DNA of 64,000 nucleotides from Diplonema japonicum (taxonomy: Eukaryota > Protista > Euglenozoa: Diplonemea), in contig OZ025661.1 in NCBI GenBank assembly GCA_964019335.1, positions 620,001 to 684,000 on the forward strand. The letters are read 5' to 3'. Below, one piece after another: positions 20,869 through 31,757 of the stretch; positions within the stretch are counted from its first letter, which is position 1, and every line of letters begins with the position of its first letter. Made by a program: the position numbers and the translations under genes. The notes under the pieces were generated by a model, which was given only the letters and a program-made list of their open reading frames with translations, ran no database searches and was not told the DNA's origin.

Positions 20869-21456
20869 AAAAAAAATTTCTCCCCCCTTTTTTTTTCCTT
20901 CCAACTATAAATCTTTATGCCTCTTGTGCCATTATTGTGCAAAAGAAAAAGTCTCCCCTTTCATCCTAATTCTTTTTTTTTTCTTCCTAACAACTTATCT
21001 TTTTTTTTTAAAGAAGAGGAAAACACACAGGAGAGTGCATCCTCTTTATTATTATTATTATATATTTCTTTAGTATGGCATTGCTTAATATCATTCTCCT
21101 TTTTTTTTTCTTTTTTTCTTTTTTGTCTACTTACACATTTCAACTCTCCTAGTCTAGTTTTTTTTTCTATTCCCTCCCCTCTTCTTTCTTTTTTCACTGT
21201 AAACTTTAAAAAGAAAAGAATGGAAAAAAAAAAGAAAGAAACTCTCATATACAGAAGATGATGCTGTATCGCCTTTCGTTATTTTTGTTTCCTCTTATTT
21301 TAAAAAGTTTTTCTTTTTTGCGTTAATTAACAAAGCCCTTTTTTTTTTTTTTTTTTCTTAAATTTTGCAACAAAAAAAACCACATAATCCAGAAGGGGGA
21401 GGGGAGGGGGAGGACAAAAGAAAACCCGAGAGAAGAAAAAAAAGGGGGGGGGGGGA

Positions 21457-23259
21457 ATGTCGAACCCAAAAGAGTGCCTGGAACAGCTGGACCTCGTTGT
21501 CGACGAGCTGTTTGAAACCGGGTACGGCAAGGTCACAGCACGCTCGGTCACATCGTCCGAAAGGCTTGCCCCGTACCTGTTGCAGGCCCTAGAGGAGTGC
21601 ATGAAAAGCGGGTTATATGAGGGGAGCACCTGGTGGGACTGCATGGACCAAGTCATCAACGAGCTCCCACAAGGGTTTTCCGAAGCACGAGACGCGCGAA
21701 AAACAAAAGCCAAGACAAACGTACACCTAGCATGGCTCATCGCCATGGTCAACGTACCAATGGTTTTCCACAGGACCCTCTGCGAAGCCTTTTCCCAGAA
21801 CGACATCTTGATGGCCTACTACCAACCGTCCAGCGTAGTCTACCCGACCCACGGGAAAATGCAATTTTTAAACACCATCCACCGACTGTCGGATTTCAAG
21901 ATATCTATTGATCAAGCCGCTGGGATCCCTCTCTTCAAAGTCCGATTAGGCACGTTGGTCAGCCGGTGCATTGTTCCAGTGGTGCTCGGTTCGAGTCCGA
22001 ACAACAACGATAGTTTCAGCGAAGCAGGGTTCGGAACAAGCAACGCGAGCTTCAGCAGCGCGTCTTCACCGACCATGAAGACGGTTAAGAAGTCCGTTGT
22101 AGTCGTGAAGAAGAAAACAGTCAAGAGGAAGGCAGCCAACAACAACAACAACAACAACAACAACGAGCAGACGCATCACGAAGGGACGAAGTCCGTTGCC
22201 GTTCAGTGTGATGAAACACCTGGGAGCAAATTGGCAGACGTGGACGAGTACAAAAAACTCTCCGAGCGGGAGAAAACCGTCGACGAGAAGCTGCGAGATC
22301 TCGAGTCGCATGAAGCACTCCTCGCCTCGAAAGAAGAAGAATACGCTTGCAAAGCAGAACACTGCCGATGGACCGCAAACGTCGACCGAACAAAAGTCAA
22401 GGAAGTCCACACCATCCTAACACTTCTACAAAACAAAGTCGACCGGTACAAAACCTCCACCGGTGTCACAAAGGACACCATTCGAAAAATCTCCTGCATC
22501 GTCAACTCAGTCGGCGAAAAAGACACAACAGAAAACCCAGCACGGGAACGATCCGACTCGTGGGAAGGATCGAGCGACTCTTCGGTTCGATCCTGCATGG
22601 TCGATTCTTTACAACCACAAGACACAAACGCTGGGAACCCATCTAGTAAGCAAAACCAAGTCTCTTTAGGCTTACTAACTTCGGAGTATGTTGAAATTGA
22701 GAGAGAAGGCCAACTGGCGATTCAAGGCCATCGTTGTGCTGGTTGTGACAAAGAGTTTCGGTTGAGCAACGTATTCAAAAAGCCACGGCGCTGCCGTTAC
22801 AGTGGGAAATTATACTGTAAGAAATGTCACACCAACAAGGAGCACATCCTGCCGGCCAAGATAGTTCAAAGATGGGATTTCAAGCCGTACAAAGTGTCCG
22901 TGGCGGCCTTCGGGTATCTGTCTGCTCTGCGAAACGAACCTAACCTTCACATACAAGATGTGAACCCGAACCTCTATGTGAAGATTCCGTCCCTCAGAGA
23001 ATGCAGCCAACACCGGCAAGCCTTGCATAGGTGCCTCAAGGTTTTGCGGTCGATTGACCAAGGAGCGCTGGTCGGTGATCAATATGAGTATCTGGCGTCG
23101 GAGCCTGATTTGTACTCCATGCAAGATCTGATGACAATTTACATCAAGGAGAGCACGTTCAGCGGGCTGTTGAACAACCTCCAGGCACGGATGTTTCTGA
23201 TTGCTGGGAAGAAATCTCAATCGGCCGAGGCCGAGATGCGAGCAATAGCCGCTTCGTGA
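21457..23259 (+). CDS. RUN-like + coiled coil + Rubicon-homology (DEF8/PLEKHM1-type) zinc-finger protein
   Basis: Rubicon-homology motifs QGHRCAGC, RRCRYSGKLYCKKCH and ILPAKIVQRWDF. RUN-like AWLIAMVN...AYYQPSS near the N-terminus. Confidence 0.85.
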   Translation: MSNPKECLEQLDLVVDELFETGYGKVTARSVTSSERLAPYLLQALEECMKSGLYEGSTWWDCMDQVINELPQGFSEARDARKTKAKTNVHLAWLIAMVNVPMVFHRTLCEAFSQNDILMAYYQPSSVVYPTHGKMQFLNTIHRLSDFKISIDQAAGIPLFKVRLGTLVSRCIVPVVLGSSPNNNDSFSEAGFGTSNASFSSASSPTMKTVKKSVVVVKKKTVKRKAANNNNNNNNNEQTHHEGTKSVAVQCDETPGSKLADVDEYKKLSEREKTVDEKLRDLESHEALLASKEEEYACKAEHCRWTANVDRTKVKEVHTILTLLQNKVDRYKTSTGVTKDTIRKISCIVNSVGEKDTTENPARERSDSWEGSSDSSVRSCMVDSLQPQDTNAGNPSSKQNQVSLGLLTSEYVEIEREGQLAIQGHRCAGCDKEFRLSNVFKKPRRCRYSGKLYCKKCHTNKEHILPAKIVQRWDFKPYKVSVAAFGYLSALRNEPNLHIQDVNPNLYVKIPSLRECSQHRQALHRCLKVLRSIDQGALVGDQYEYLASEPDLYSMQDLMTIYIKESTFSGLLNNLQARMFLIAGKKSQSAEAEMRAIAAS

Positions 23260-23755
23260 GTAAGGAAAAAAAAACTTTGAAAAATTTCTTTTTTTTTTTC
23301 CCTCTCCCCTTCTTTTTATTATGAAGCGGGGAAAAAAAAAAAAGAAGAAAAAAAAAAACCAAGAAAAAAAAAACAAGGAACTTGTCCCCCCCTGAAGAAT
23401 AAGGAAAAGTAAAAATAATCAAAACAAACAACTTCACCTCTTTCCCATTGTCCTCTTTTTTTTTTCTTTCTTTTTTTTTTTTTTTTTTTTTTTTTGCTCT
23501 TTCTTGTCCATCCTTGTAAAGACGTGTCTTAGTATTTTTTTTTCTCGTTCTATATTTTTTCTTTCTTTTTATTTCCCCCGCTCTTTTTTTTTTTTTTTTT
23601 TTTCCTTTTTACAGTATAAGAAGAAACCATGGGAATGTTTTATTTTCTCCTCGATTTCGTTGAATGACAAAAAATAAACACACAGGTTTCTAATACACAC
23701 GTGGAAAAAAAAAAAAAAAAAAAAGAACGCAAACCCACTTCCGTGCTACCTACAA

Positions 23756-23902
23756 ATGAGAAACTTGAGTACGCTTCTGGCGTAGGGGGCTGTTGTGCTC
23801 CTGACAGGCGGTTACTTACTCGTACGCTCCTGGAAAGAAGTGCGACATCCTCGCGACCCTCGTGGCGAAGTGGAGGCAGCCGGGAAGAAGGTGATCCTGT
23901 CG
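23756..23902 (+). pseudogene. Possible gene fragment (signal-anchor N-terminus) with in-frame TAG
   Basis: MRNLSTLLA*GAVVLLTGGYLLVRSWKEVRHPRDPRGEVEAAGKKVILS. GC-rich island between homopolymer tracts. Confidence 0.3.
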
Positions 23903-24521
23903 GTGGGAAAAAAAAAAAAAAAACCCACCGGTTTTCTTTTCTTTTTTTTTCCTCTCTCTTTCCGGCCCCTTTCTTTATTTCCTGCCCCTTGAGCGTTTAC
24001 ATTAACTGTCACATTATGCGTACCGATGAAACTTGACCTTTAAGACCTTTAAAGTAGGAGGAACCATGTGCGCACTGTGCATGAGGTTTGATTCACATTT
24101 ATGTGTCTCGATTTCTCCTCGAGAGTGAAACAAAAAAAAAAAAAAATTAAAAAAAAGGAACACTGCGAAATGAGGCCCGGTTGACTTTCCTATAAGACCC
24201 GCCCAATAACCTATTTGCTGCTAGACTATACAACAAAGTGGTGAATGCTGGTTAAAAGAAAAAAAAAATGGATCCTTCCCCGTTTCTTCCCTTACCTCGG
24301 CGCAGTATGGCACTTGCATGAGCCTTTTATCTCTTTCATTATTATTATTAATTTTTTTTAAATCGTTTTTGTTCCAATACAATGCACACACACACGACAA
24401 CAGCCTGCCCCCCTCCCCTCCGCATTCCCTCCCGCGAGGAAGAAAAAAAAAAAAAAAAAAAAAAAAAAACACACACATCTTGGATCATGGTAAAATAAGA
24501 AAAAAGAAAAAAAAAAAATCC

Positions 24522-25787
24522 ATGACAAGCGTTTCACAAGCCGCATCGCTGTATCACTACATAGAGGCGGTGAGGGGGAGCAGGGACAAGGCAGAAAAAG
24601 TTTCTAAAGATGAGTTGCTGCAGGGCGCGACATGGTTAGGGGAACAGCGGGTCCGGGCGTTAAAACGGGCTGTGGACGCGCAAAAAGGATCGGCCTTGGA
24701 CCTCGACACCCTGCAGCTCCACATCACCCGGCAGGAAAAAGCATGGGATCTATACGAGAGCCTGCGGTCACGCACCGCTTGTAAAACCATGACCCTTGCT
24801 CAATTTCAATCCGCGTTGACCTCTATTCGGTTCCCGGCCATGATCGGGGCAGACATTATAACATCACTCGTGATACCGGGAAAACCAAACATAGAAAAAG
24901 AAGACTTCGAAACATGGAGCGAAAAGACCCCGGTTCAATTCAGAGTTGCGTACAATTGCTCTACCGGAGTCCTGCCAGACAGGACTGAACTAGAAGCTCT
25001 TCTTAACGAGCTCAACACTCTCACCGGCACGACGGTCTCGGTCAGCCAAAACGGTCAGACGGTTCAAATGGTCCTCCCGCACAGTACCTTGGAGGCTAAC
25101 ACACTGCTCATTAGAGAAAAAACAGGCGCCAGTGAAAACCAAATGATAACTTTTCAAGGAGAGTCCATCTCAGAGAGCAAATTAGAGGTTTTCCACGGGA
25201 TGGAAATTTCTGTGCGGTCTGCTGATTCAGACGATTGGAACGGGACAACAGGTGGGGGGAAGCTTCACGCCTACGCGCATGTTATCCGGCAGCAGCAAGA
25301 ATATTTGAAGGAAATTTGTGAGGATGGTGACGAGGTTGTGGGGCAGGATGCGGTGGTGGTGGAGGCAATGCATATGGTAGAACTAGAGCCCAGTCCTCCA
25401 GAGGGTTTTGCGTGTTTTGCCCGGCGGGGCACGCCTGGTAACTACCGCTACTCCTCTAGAAGGCTTCAGATCACCTCATCCCACATCGTCGCCTACGCCG
25501 GTGACACTGTCACTGAGACGCTACCTCTTGCTACCGTTGCGTATTTCTCTCTCTTCTCCGACCCTGACTCGCAGTTTTGCGGTGCTTCCAGCCCGCCAGG
25601 GTGGTCGCTTTTATACATTGGTTCGCCTACCACGCCCCGTGTTCTTGCTGTCCCGTCTGTATCCGTCGCACCTTGGACCGAGTTTGTGAAGCAGCGGGTG
25701 GTCGGGGTCTCCACAGAACCGGTGGAACCACCCCTTCCCTACCCCGCTGACTCCTTTGTTTCGAGCCCTAAAAAAAAAAAAAAATGA
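24522..25787 (+). CDS. Hypothetical protein (EF-hand-like, ubiquitin-like and PH-like segments)
   Basis: 421-aa ORF from ATG 24522. IREKTGASENQMITFQG is ubiquitin-like and YSSRRLQITSSHIVAY...WTEFV is PH-like. Domain calls are tentative. Confidence 0.75.
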   Translation: MTSVSQAASLYHYIEAVRGSRDKAEKVSKDELLQGATWLGEQRVRALKRAVDAQKGSALDLDTLQLHITRQEKAWDLYESLRSRTACKTMTLAQFQSALTSIRFPAMIGADIITSLVIPGKPNIEKEDFETWSEKTPVQFRVAYNCSTGVLPDRTELEALLNELNTLTGTTVSVSQNGQTVQMVLPHSTLEANTLLIREKTGASENQMITFQGESISESKLEVFHGMEISVRSADSDDWNGTTGGGKLHAYAHVIRQQQEYLKEICEDGDEVVGQDAVVVEAMHMVELEPSPPEGFACFARRGTPGNYRYSSRRLQITSSHIVAYAGDTVTETLPLATVAYFSLFSDPDSQFCGASSPPGWSLLYIGSPTTPRVLAVPSVSVAPWTEFVKQRVVGVSTEPVEPPLPYPADSFVSSPKKKKK

Positions 25788-25998
25788 ATAAAAGAAATTT
25801 TGTTTTTTTGTTGAATCTTTCCCCCTTTTTTTTCTGATCCTCCCCCCCCGTCCACTTCCCTAAAGTCTCTTCTTCCCCCCCATTGTATTTTTTTTTTTTT
25901 TAAATATATGTTTCTCTTTTTTTTTTATATAAAAATGAACCCCGGTATTCTCTCAGGGACAAAAAGGAGGCAAACACACACTTTTTAAAAAAAAAAAA

Positions 25999-26640
25999 AT
26001 GTCGGCGCAGCCATCTCAGCCGCTCACCCCGGCCGCCTCTGTGATCCAGCCTGGGCAGGGGATCCCCCCACCGGTGGTGCAGACTCAGGGGTCTGACGTT
26101 CCTTTCCAAATGCCGACGGGGCCACAGTTCAGGGTGCTGAAGAGGACGACAGCGGGTATAAAGAAGAAGGAGGAGGCATTTGAGAAAGCTGTCAGCCTGC
26201 TACCCGGCATGAAGGAAAGAATGGACGAGCTGAGCGACAAAATCTACGCTGCAGAAAAAGAGAAGCAAGACCACATGGGGAAAATCGAAAAAGAAATCGC
26301 AAATCATGAACTGGAGGTCATAACTAAGGCGCTTTTGAAGCAAAATAAAATGCCCAAGGATATGATGGAGCTCGCGCAACTGAGGCAGGCGGAGCGTCAG
26401 AATGAGATGGAGAAGAACCAGAAGCGCCAGAAACTAGACCAGGAGGTCAACGAAAAAGTTGCCCAAGAGTCACGATTCAAGGAAATCGAGTTCCAGCAAA
26501 AATTTTCTGAGTACACCGCCAGGGAACAAGCCTTCCTCAATGAGAAGCGAACCCTCCTCGAGACCATTTCCTCTCTGCGGGCCGAGATCTCCTCTCAGAA
26601 GAAGTTGTCCAGTGATATTGCAAAGTCTGCCAATAAGTGA
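25999..26640 (+). CDS. Coiled-coil protein, family paralog 1
   Basis: 213-aa ORF sharing HEL..I...L.K.NK and TI.SLRAEI.SQKKL motifs with the 35969, 37198 and 39850 genes. Confidence 0.88.
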   Translation: MSAQPSQPLTPAASVIQPGQGIPPPVVQTQGSDVPFQMPTGPQFRVLKRTTAGIKKKEEAFEKAVSLLPGMKERMDELSDKIYAAEKEKQDHMGKIEKEIANHELEVITKALLKQNKMPKDMMELAQLRQAERQNEMEKNQKRQKLDQEVNEKVAQESRFKEIEFQQKFSEYTAREQAFLNEKRTLLETISSLRAEISSQKKLSSDIAKSANK

Positions 26641-26643
26641 TGT

Positions 26644-26698
<55 letters not shown>

Positions 26699-27296
26699 GT
26701 GTTTTTTTTTTTTTTCTTTTTCCCCCCTTCCCCTTTTTCTTTTCTCTATTGTTATCCCAATGAAACAGACGAGAAGAAACTGGGTGGGGAAAAAATATTT
26801 ATTTTTTTAAAGAGAGTCCGGGAAAAAAAAAAAAAAGCGAGGAAAAGGGGGGATGGCGGGTAGGGGACGGAAAAAGGGGGGAAAAATAAAATAAAAAAAC
26901 CATCCCTTTCCCCCCCCCCCTTTTTTTTCTTGGGCTAGATTCCTTCCCCCTCCCTCCCCCTCTTTTACTTTTTTCTTCCACACACGTACCTTTATTTTCG
27001 TAGTATGTCTTTGATCTCCTTCCTTCTCCCCCCCCGTCCCTTTCTATGTTCTCTCTCTCTTTTAATTTTTTCTTTTTTTTTTGGATGTGAGTCGTTGCTA
27101 GCAAGTCTCCCGCACCATAATTCCCTTTTTTTTCTCTCTTTTTTTAGAAATCCTTTCTTTCTCCTTCCCCCCCCCCCCCCCCCCCTGCAGATTCAACTAC
27201 ATTTCACCAACCACATCAATAGGTTTCATAACACAAAAAAAAAAGGCAGAAAAAAAAAAAGAAGAAGAAGAAAAAAAAGCCTTTCCCACAAGAACG

Positions 27297-30200
27297 ATGG
27301 GAGCACTAAAACTGATACCGGCCCTGATCCTCCTCGGGGTATGGGTGGGGTTCTTCATCTCAGGGATTACACGCGTAGAGCGATCTGACCTGGGAGCGTC
27401 GGGCTCATCCTCCTCGACCACCTCAACAGCGACAGTGGGCATGGTGCTTGCTGGGCCGTACGGCACTCTTGCTGAGAACCGCACCAAGATGCAAGAGGTT
27501 ATGGAAGCCGTGGAGCAGAGGTTCGGTGTAGCCATCGGGGGGACGAGGAGAACGGCCCACCTTCTGGAGGGCTACGGCGGTGATGGAACAGCCGGCGGGG
27601 ACGGTGGCGGTGGTGACACCACAGGCGATGCCACAGGGGACTCCACAGGTGACACTGCAGGGGACGGAACAACCACGACCACCTCCACCTCTTCCTCTGG
27701 AGGGGTCGCTGTGACCGTGAACAGGGTCTGCAACGTGACGTCCGCTGTGTGGGGAAGCTGGGGGGTCTGCTCGACCCGTGCTCAGATCAGCAACAGCGTG
27801 GTTGCTGGGGACGGGAACGGTGACGCTGCTGGTGATAGTGGTGCTGCTGGTGATGGTGCTACTGGCGGTGACGGTGCTGCTGGCGGTGACGGTGCAGCAA
27901 CTGGAGATGGAAGCAAACGGCAGGGCAAGGTGCTGGTTGCTGGGGGGGAGACCTACATCGAAGTCTTCTTCAGGGGCTCGAACGCGAACGCTGCGTACCA
28001 GGCTGCCATTGTTGCTGTGGCGGCTGTGCGACCGGACGAGACCTTCGCTGGGTACGGGTTCTCCGACAACGGTGCCCCTCGTGTGACTGCCGTCCCCGCC
28101 TCTGTCGCCCCCCAGTCCGTTGTCTCTGTTGACGTGAACCTCCCCGGGGCCTACGAGGCCTTCTGGGCTGACGACGCGCTTGTACGCAACGTAACCAGCG
28201 AGTTCCTTGCTAGGGTGACGCAGATCACAGGCAGCACGGCGGTCGCTCCCCCAACAGGCAACACCGGTGGCTCCACTGCTGCTGATGGTGGCGATGGCGG
28301 TGCCACTGCCGATGGTGGCGATGGCGGTGCCACTGGCGACGGAACGACTACCGGAGGGGATGGCACCACAGGCGGGGACGGGGCGGCAACAGGCGACTCG
28401 AGCAGCAGGGAGGCACGTGCCTTGAACTACGGCGACGGAAACACCGCTGGGGACGGCACCACCGCTGGAGACGGGACAACGACAGCTGATGGCGGTGACA
28501 CTGCCGCAGGTGGGGACGGTGATGCGACTGGCGGCGACGGTGGCGATGGAACAGCAGCTGCTTCACCTACGTCGACAGGAACGTTCACAGGCCTGCAAAC
28601 GAGCATCAGCAGCGTCTGCGCATGGCGAGCGGACGGGGTGTACAACGCGACGACCTGCACGAGGGGGAACGCCCTCTCCACGAAGCTCGTCCCTCCCTCC
28701 AGTTCAAACCTTCGCACGGGAGTGGTTCTGCAGCAAGGTGCAGGGAGGGCCCACATGCAGATCACTGTGACAGGGGTCACCCCTGCAAGCGTGCAGGCGG
28801 CTGTGGCGGCTGTGATGGCGAACTTCGACGAAACGGCACCCCTCGGTAGCCTTTCCGTCGTTCCCGGGAGTCTGTCCTTGGTGCAGGCGGCAGCGGCGGT
28901 GCACACGACCGCAATCGGGGTAACGGTGGGCGGGGACCTCGCGGCCCTCCTTGCGAACAACACGATCCTGGCCTCTGTCTATGATGGTTTCTGGAACACT
29001 GCGAACGCCACCTTCGTAAACCTCGGCCTGCATAACAACCTCACAGCACCGACAACGACGGCAGCGAGGCCTGCGACCTCAGCAGGCAACGGTGGCGACG
29101 GGGCAGCTGGTGATACAACTGGTGATGCAGCTGGTGGTGATGGGAACGGTGACGCAGCTGCTGGGGACGGAACCACGGGTGACGCAAGCAGAAGAGGTGC
29201 GCGTGTCTCGAACTATGGCGACGGGGCCACTGCTGGGAACGGGGCCACGACAGGCGGAGACGGGGCGGCCACTGGCGACGGTGCAACCGGCGGGGACGGA
29301 GCCGCCGCTGGGGACGGTGCAGCCGGTGGGGATGGAACCACGACTGGTGGCGACGGTGCGACCAGCGGCGGTGCTGCAACGAGTAACAACAACAACGTGC
29401 CCGTTTACACCATCTTCGTGAACAAGCTGTGCACTGTGGACGCGAGCGGGGCAGTTCCGAGGACCGCGTGCGAGAACAGGGCGCAGGTGTTGCGGAGGCT
29501 GGGGAGGTCTGTGGAGCCTGGTGCCGTGACGACGACGCGGTCAGGTCTCACCCCTGGGTCCGTTTACGTGGAGTTCGTGCTGCAGTACGACAGCTCTTCC
29601 TACTCGGCACCTGCTGGGACGGACCCCCTTGGTGATGCGTTTGCGAACGGGTTCCCTGCGGCAGGGGCTGTGTTGGCCCCTTCGTACACGGTGGTAGACG
29701 AGGCTGCAGTGACGGAGACGACAGCCACAAACGCCCGTGATGCTTCGGTTCTGCAGGCTGACGGTGCTGGCGGCGACGGTGCAACTGCTGGCGGTGACGG
29801 CACAACAACTGGCGGTGACGGTACAGCAACTGGCGGCGACGGTACGGCTGCAGGTGGTGACGGCGCGGTAACTGGTGGCGACGGAGCAACTGGAGGTGAC
29901 GGAGCAACTGGTGGTGACGGCGGCGGCGGTGGCGGTCTCGACAGGGGTTGGACCAGAGGCTTCATCGACGGTATGGGTTGCCTCGGCCAGAAGAACTGCA
30001 AGCGCACAAACTTCCCGTACTTCGTGTGGGCGAAGTTCGAGAAGGGCAACAGAAGGCAACGCGGGGGCCACCTGTACTTCGAGTGGAGGGGGTCGAAGGG
30101 AGAGACCATCGCAGGGCTCATCGCAGCCTGGATGGGCCTCCTATTCTTCCTAATGGCGATGGGGTTCCTCCTAAAGAAGAAAGTGCAAAAGTCCCCAGTG

Positions 30201-31757
30201 AAACCCTTCGCCCCCGGAAGCCCGTTGGAAGAACTGGACTCGATCTCGCCGATCCCTCTACGCCTGCGATGGGGGGAGGTTATCATGTCATTGTGGCTGA
30301 TCGGGTGGTGCCTGCTGTGCTTCGTCTACGTGTGGAACCATTCGGAGATCAACAACACTGTCGGTGACGTACCAAGAGGGATCGGGGCCGTGGTGGTGGG
30401 GCTGCTGTGCGTGCAACTGTTCCCCGTGTCGAGGAACAGCCTGCTCCTGTGGGTGTTTGGAATCCCGTTTGAACGCGCCCTCGTCTTCCACAGGAAAATC
30501 GGAGGCTGGATCTGGCTCCTGACGGCCGCACACGGGTTCGGGATGTGGGTAGCACACTACCGTTACTGGCTTCTAGGCGAATACCGAGGAAACGGGGTGT
30601 ACGTGAACGGGGCAGGACACACCAGAGCAGCACGCCTTGCAGCAGAGCGTCTGGTGGCATGGGAGATTGGCTGGCCGCACGGACCTCCCCTTGCAGGGCT
30701 TATCTCTTGGATCGCGATGACATTGATGGCGGTAACCTCTTTGCGCTGGGTGAGGAGAAACCACTGGTACGTGTTCACGGTGACCCACAGCTTGTACGCG
30801 GTGGTGTTCCCCCTCGCATGGGTGCACTACCCGTCGCTCATGATCTTCATGGTGATCCCGCTCTTCTTATACCTTGTTGACGTGTTTGGTCGCCATGCTA
30901 CTGCGTTCTGCTCTGCGACGCGTTTGGTTGCGGTGGACACCCGACCGGGGGTGACGAAGCTCACCATTTCGAAGAAGAACTTCACGTTCGAGCCGCTGCA
31001 GTACGTGCTGGTGAAGCTGTCGTTCGAAGGAACCGGTTTGCAAGGAGCTGCCTGTGCGAACCAATGGCATCCTTTCTCCATCGCGAGCAGGTGTTTCAAG
31101 AAAGACGGCAGCGCTGAGTTCTCGCTCTTCGTGAAGGATATGAGCCAGCAAAAAACAAGCTGTAACCTCTCAAGCTTCTCTCATCTTGTAACGAACGCAA
31201 ACCCGAACTGGGGGGTTCAGATCCAAGGACCCTTCGGATCGCCCTCCCTTCCCTTCCTGACAGGCGGGTACGACCGCATTGTACTATGCACTGGAGGGGT
31301 GGGTATCACCCCTGCACTTGCTCTTGTTGACCATGCTTTACATGAGGGATGCAGAGCAACAGAACCCGTTCAGGAAGGAGAGGACAGGTGTGTGGTTATG
31401 ATGGCTTGGTCAGGCAGGGGTGACGAAGGGTTCGCACCATTCGCAAAAGAACTTGCTGGTCTGCACAAAGCGTCCTCGACAAAGAGCACTGGTGCAAGAA
31501 TCCAATGGGAACTTCACAACACTGAAAAACAGACGACGAAGCAGTACCTTGAAGTGCAGCAGTCTGATGACGGGGAAGACCCTGTGTACGAGCTTCCTGT
31601 TAAGGCTGGCCGACCCGACTGGGAAAAACTCCTCGCGGAATGTGTTGGGATGAAGACTGCTGTGTTTGCCTGCGGACCTGCCGCGCTTGTCGATGATGTG
31701 GAAAACGCAGCCTTCTCCCGCAACTTCGATTTCCACAAAGAGGTCTTCATGTTCTAA
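27297..31757 (+). CDS. Ferric reductase/NOX-superfamily oxidoreductase with large Gly/Asp/Thr/Ala-repeat ectodomain
   Basis: Heme His pairs FHRKIG...AHG and THSLY...VHY. FAD/NAD(P)H motifs WHPFSI, QGPFG, GGVGITP, ACGP and terminal FHKEVFMF. ~850-aa N-terminal insert with GGDG repeats. Confidence 0.92.
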   Translation: MGALKLIPALILLGVWVGFFISGITRVERSDLGASGSSSSTTSTATVGMVLAGPYGTLAENRTKMQEVMEAVEQRFGVAIGGTRRTAHLLEGYGGDGTAGGDGGGGDTTGDATGDSTGDTAGDGTTTTTSTSSSGGVAVTVNRVCNVTSAVWGSWGVCSTRAQISNSVVAGDGNGDAAGDSGAAGDGATGGDGAAGGDGAATGDGSKRQGKVLVAGGETYIEVFFRGSNANAAYQAAIVAVAAVRPDETFAGYGFSDNGAPRVTAVPASVAPQSVVSVDVNLPGAYEAFWADDALVRNVTSEFLARVTQITGSTAVAPPTGNTGGSTAADGGDGGATADGGDGGATGDGTTTGGDGTTGGDGAATGDSSSREARALNYGDGNTAGDGTTAGDGTTTADGGDTAAGGDGDATGGDGGDGTAAASPTSTGTFTGLQTSISSVCAWRADGVYNATTCTRGNALSTKLVPPSSSNLRTGVVLQQGAGRAHMQITVTGVTPASVQAAVAAVMANFDETAPLGSLSVVPGSLSLVQAAAAVHTTAIGVTVGGDLAALLANNTILASVYDGFWNTANATFVNLGLHNNLTAPTTTAARPATSAGNGGDGAAGDTTGDAAGGDGNGDAAAGDGTTGDASRRGARVSNYGDGATAGNGATTGGDGAATGDGATGGDGAAAGDGAAGGDGTTTGGDGATSGGAATSNNNNVPVYTIFVNKLCTVDASGAVPRTACENRAQVLRRLGRSVEPGAVTTTRSGLTPGSVYVEFVLQYDSSSYSAPAGTDPLGDAFANGFPAAGAVLAPSYTVVDEAAVTETTATNARDASVLQADGAGGDGATAGGDGTTTGGDGTATGGDGTAAGGDGAVTGGDGATGGDGATGGDGGGGGGLDRGWTRGFIDGMGCLGQKNCKRTNFPYFVWAKFEKGNRRQRGGHLYFEWRGSKGETIAGLIAAWMGLLFFLMAMGFLLKKKVQKSPVKPFAPGSPLEELDSISPIPLRLRWGEVIMSLWLIGWCLLCFVYVWNHSEINNTVGDVPRGIGAVVVGLLCVQLFPVSRNSLLLWVFGIPFERALVFHRKIGGWIWLLTAAHGFGMWVAHYRYWLLGEYRGNGVYVNGAGHTRAARLAAERLVAWEIGWPHGPPLAGLISWIAMTLMAVTSLRWVRRNHWYVFTVTHSLYAVVFPLAWVHYPSLMIFMVIPLFLYLVDVFGRHATAFCSATRLVAVDTRPGVTKLTISKKNFTFEPLQYVLVKLSFEGTGLQGAACANQWHPFSIASRCFKKDGSAEFSLFVKDMSQQKTSCNLSSFSHLVTNANPNWGVQIQGPFGSPSLPFLTGGYDRIVLCTGGVGITPALALVDHALHEGCRATEPVQEGEDRCVVMMAWSGRGDEGFAPFAKELAGLHKASSTKSTGARIQWELHNTEKQTTKQYLEVQQSDDGEDPVYELPVKAGRPDWEKLLAECVGMKTAVFACGPAALVDDVENAAFSRNFDFHKEVFMF

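Noticed and set aside
27560-29940. GGDG-coding repeats as a CRISPR or satellite array
   Set aside because: In-frame, degenerate at third positions, and no repeat-spacer structure.
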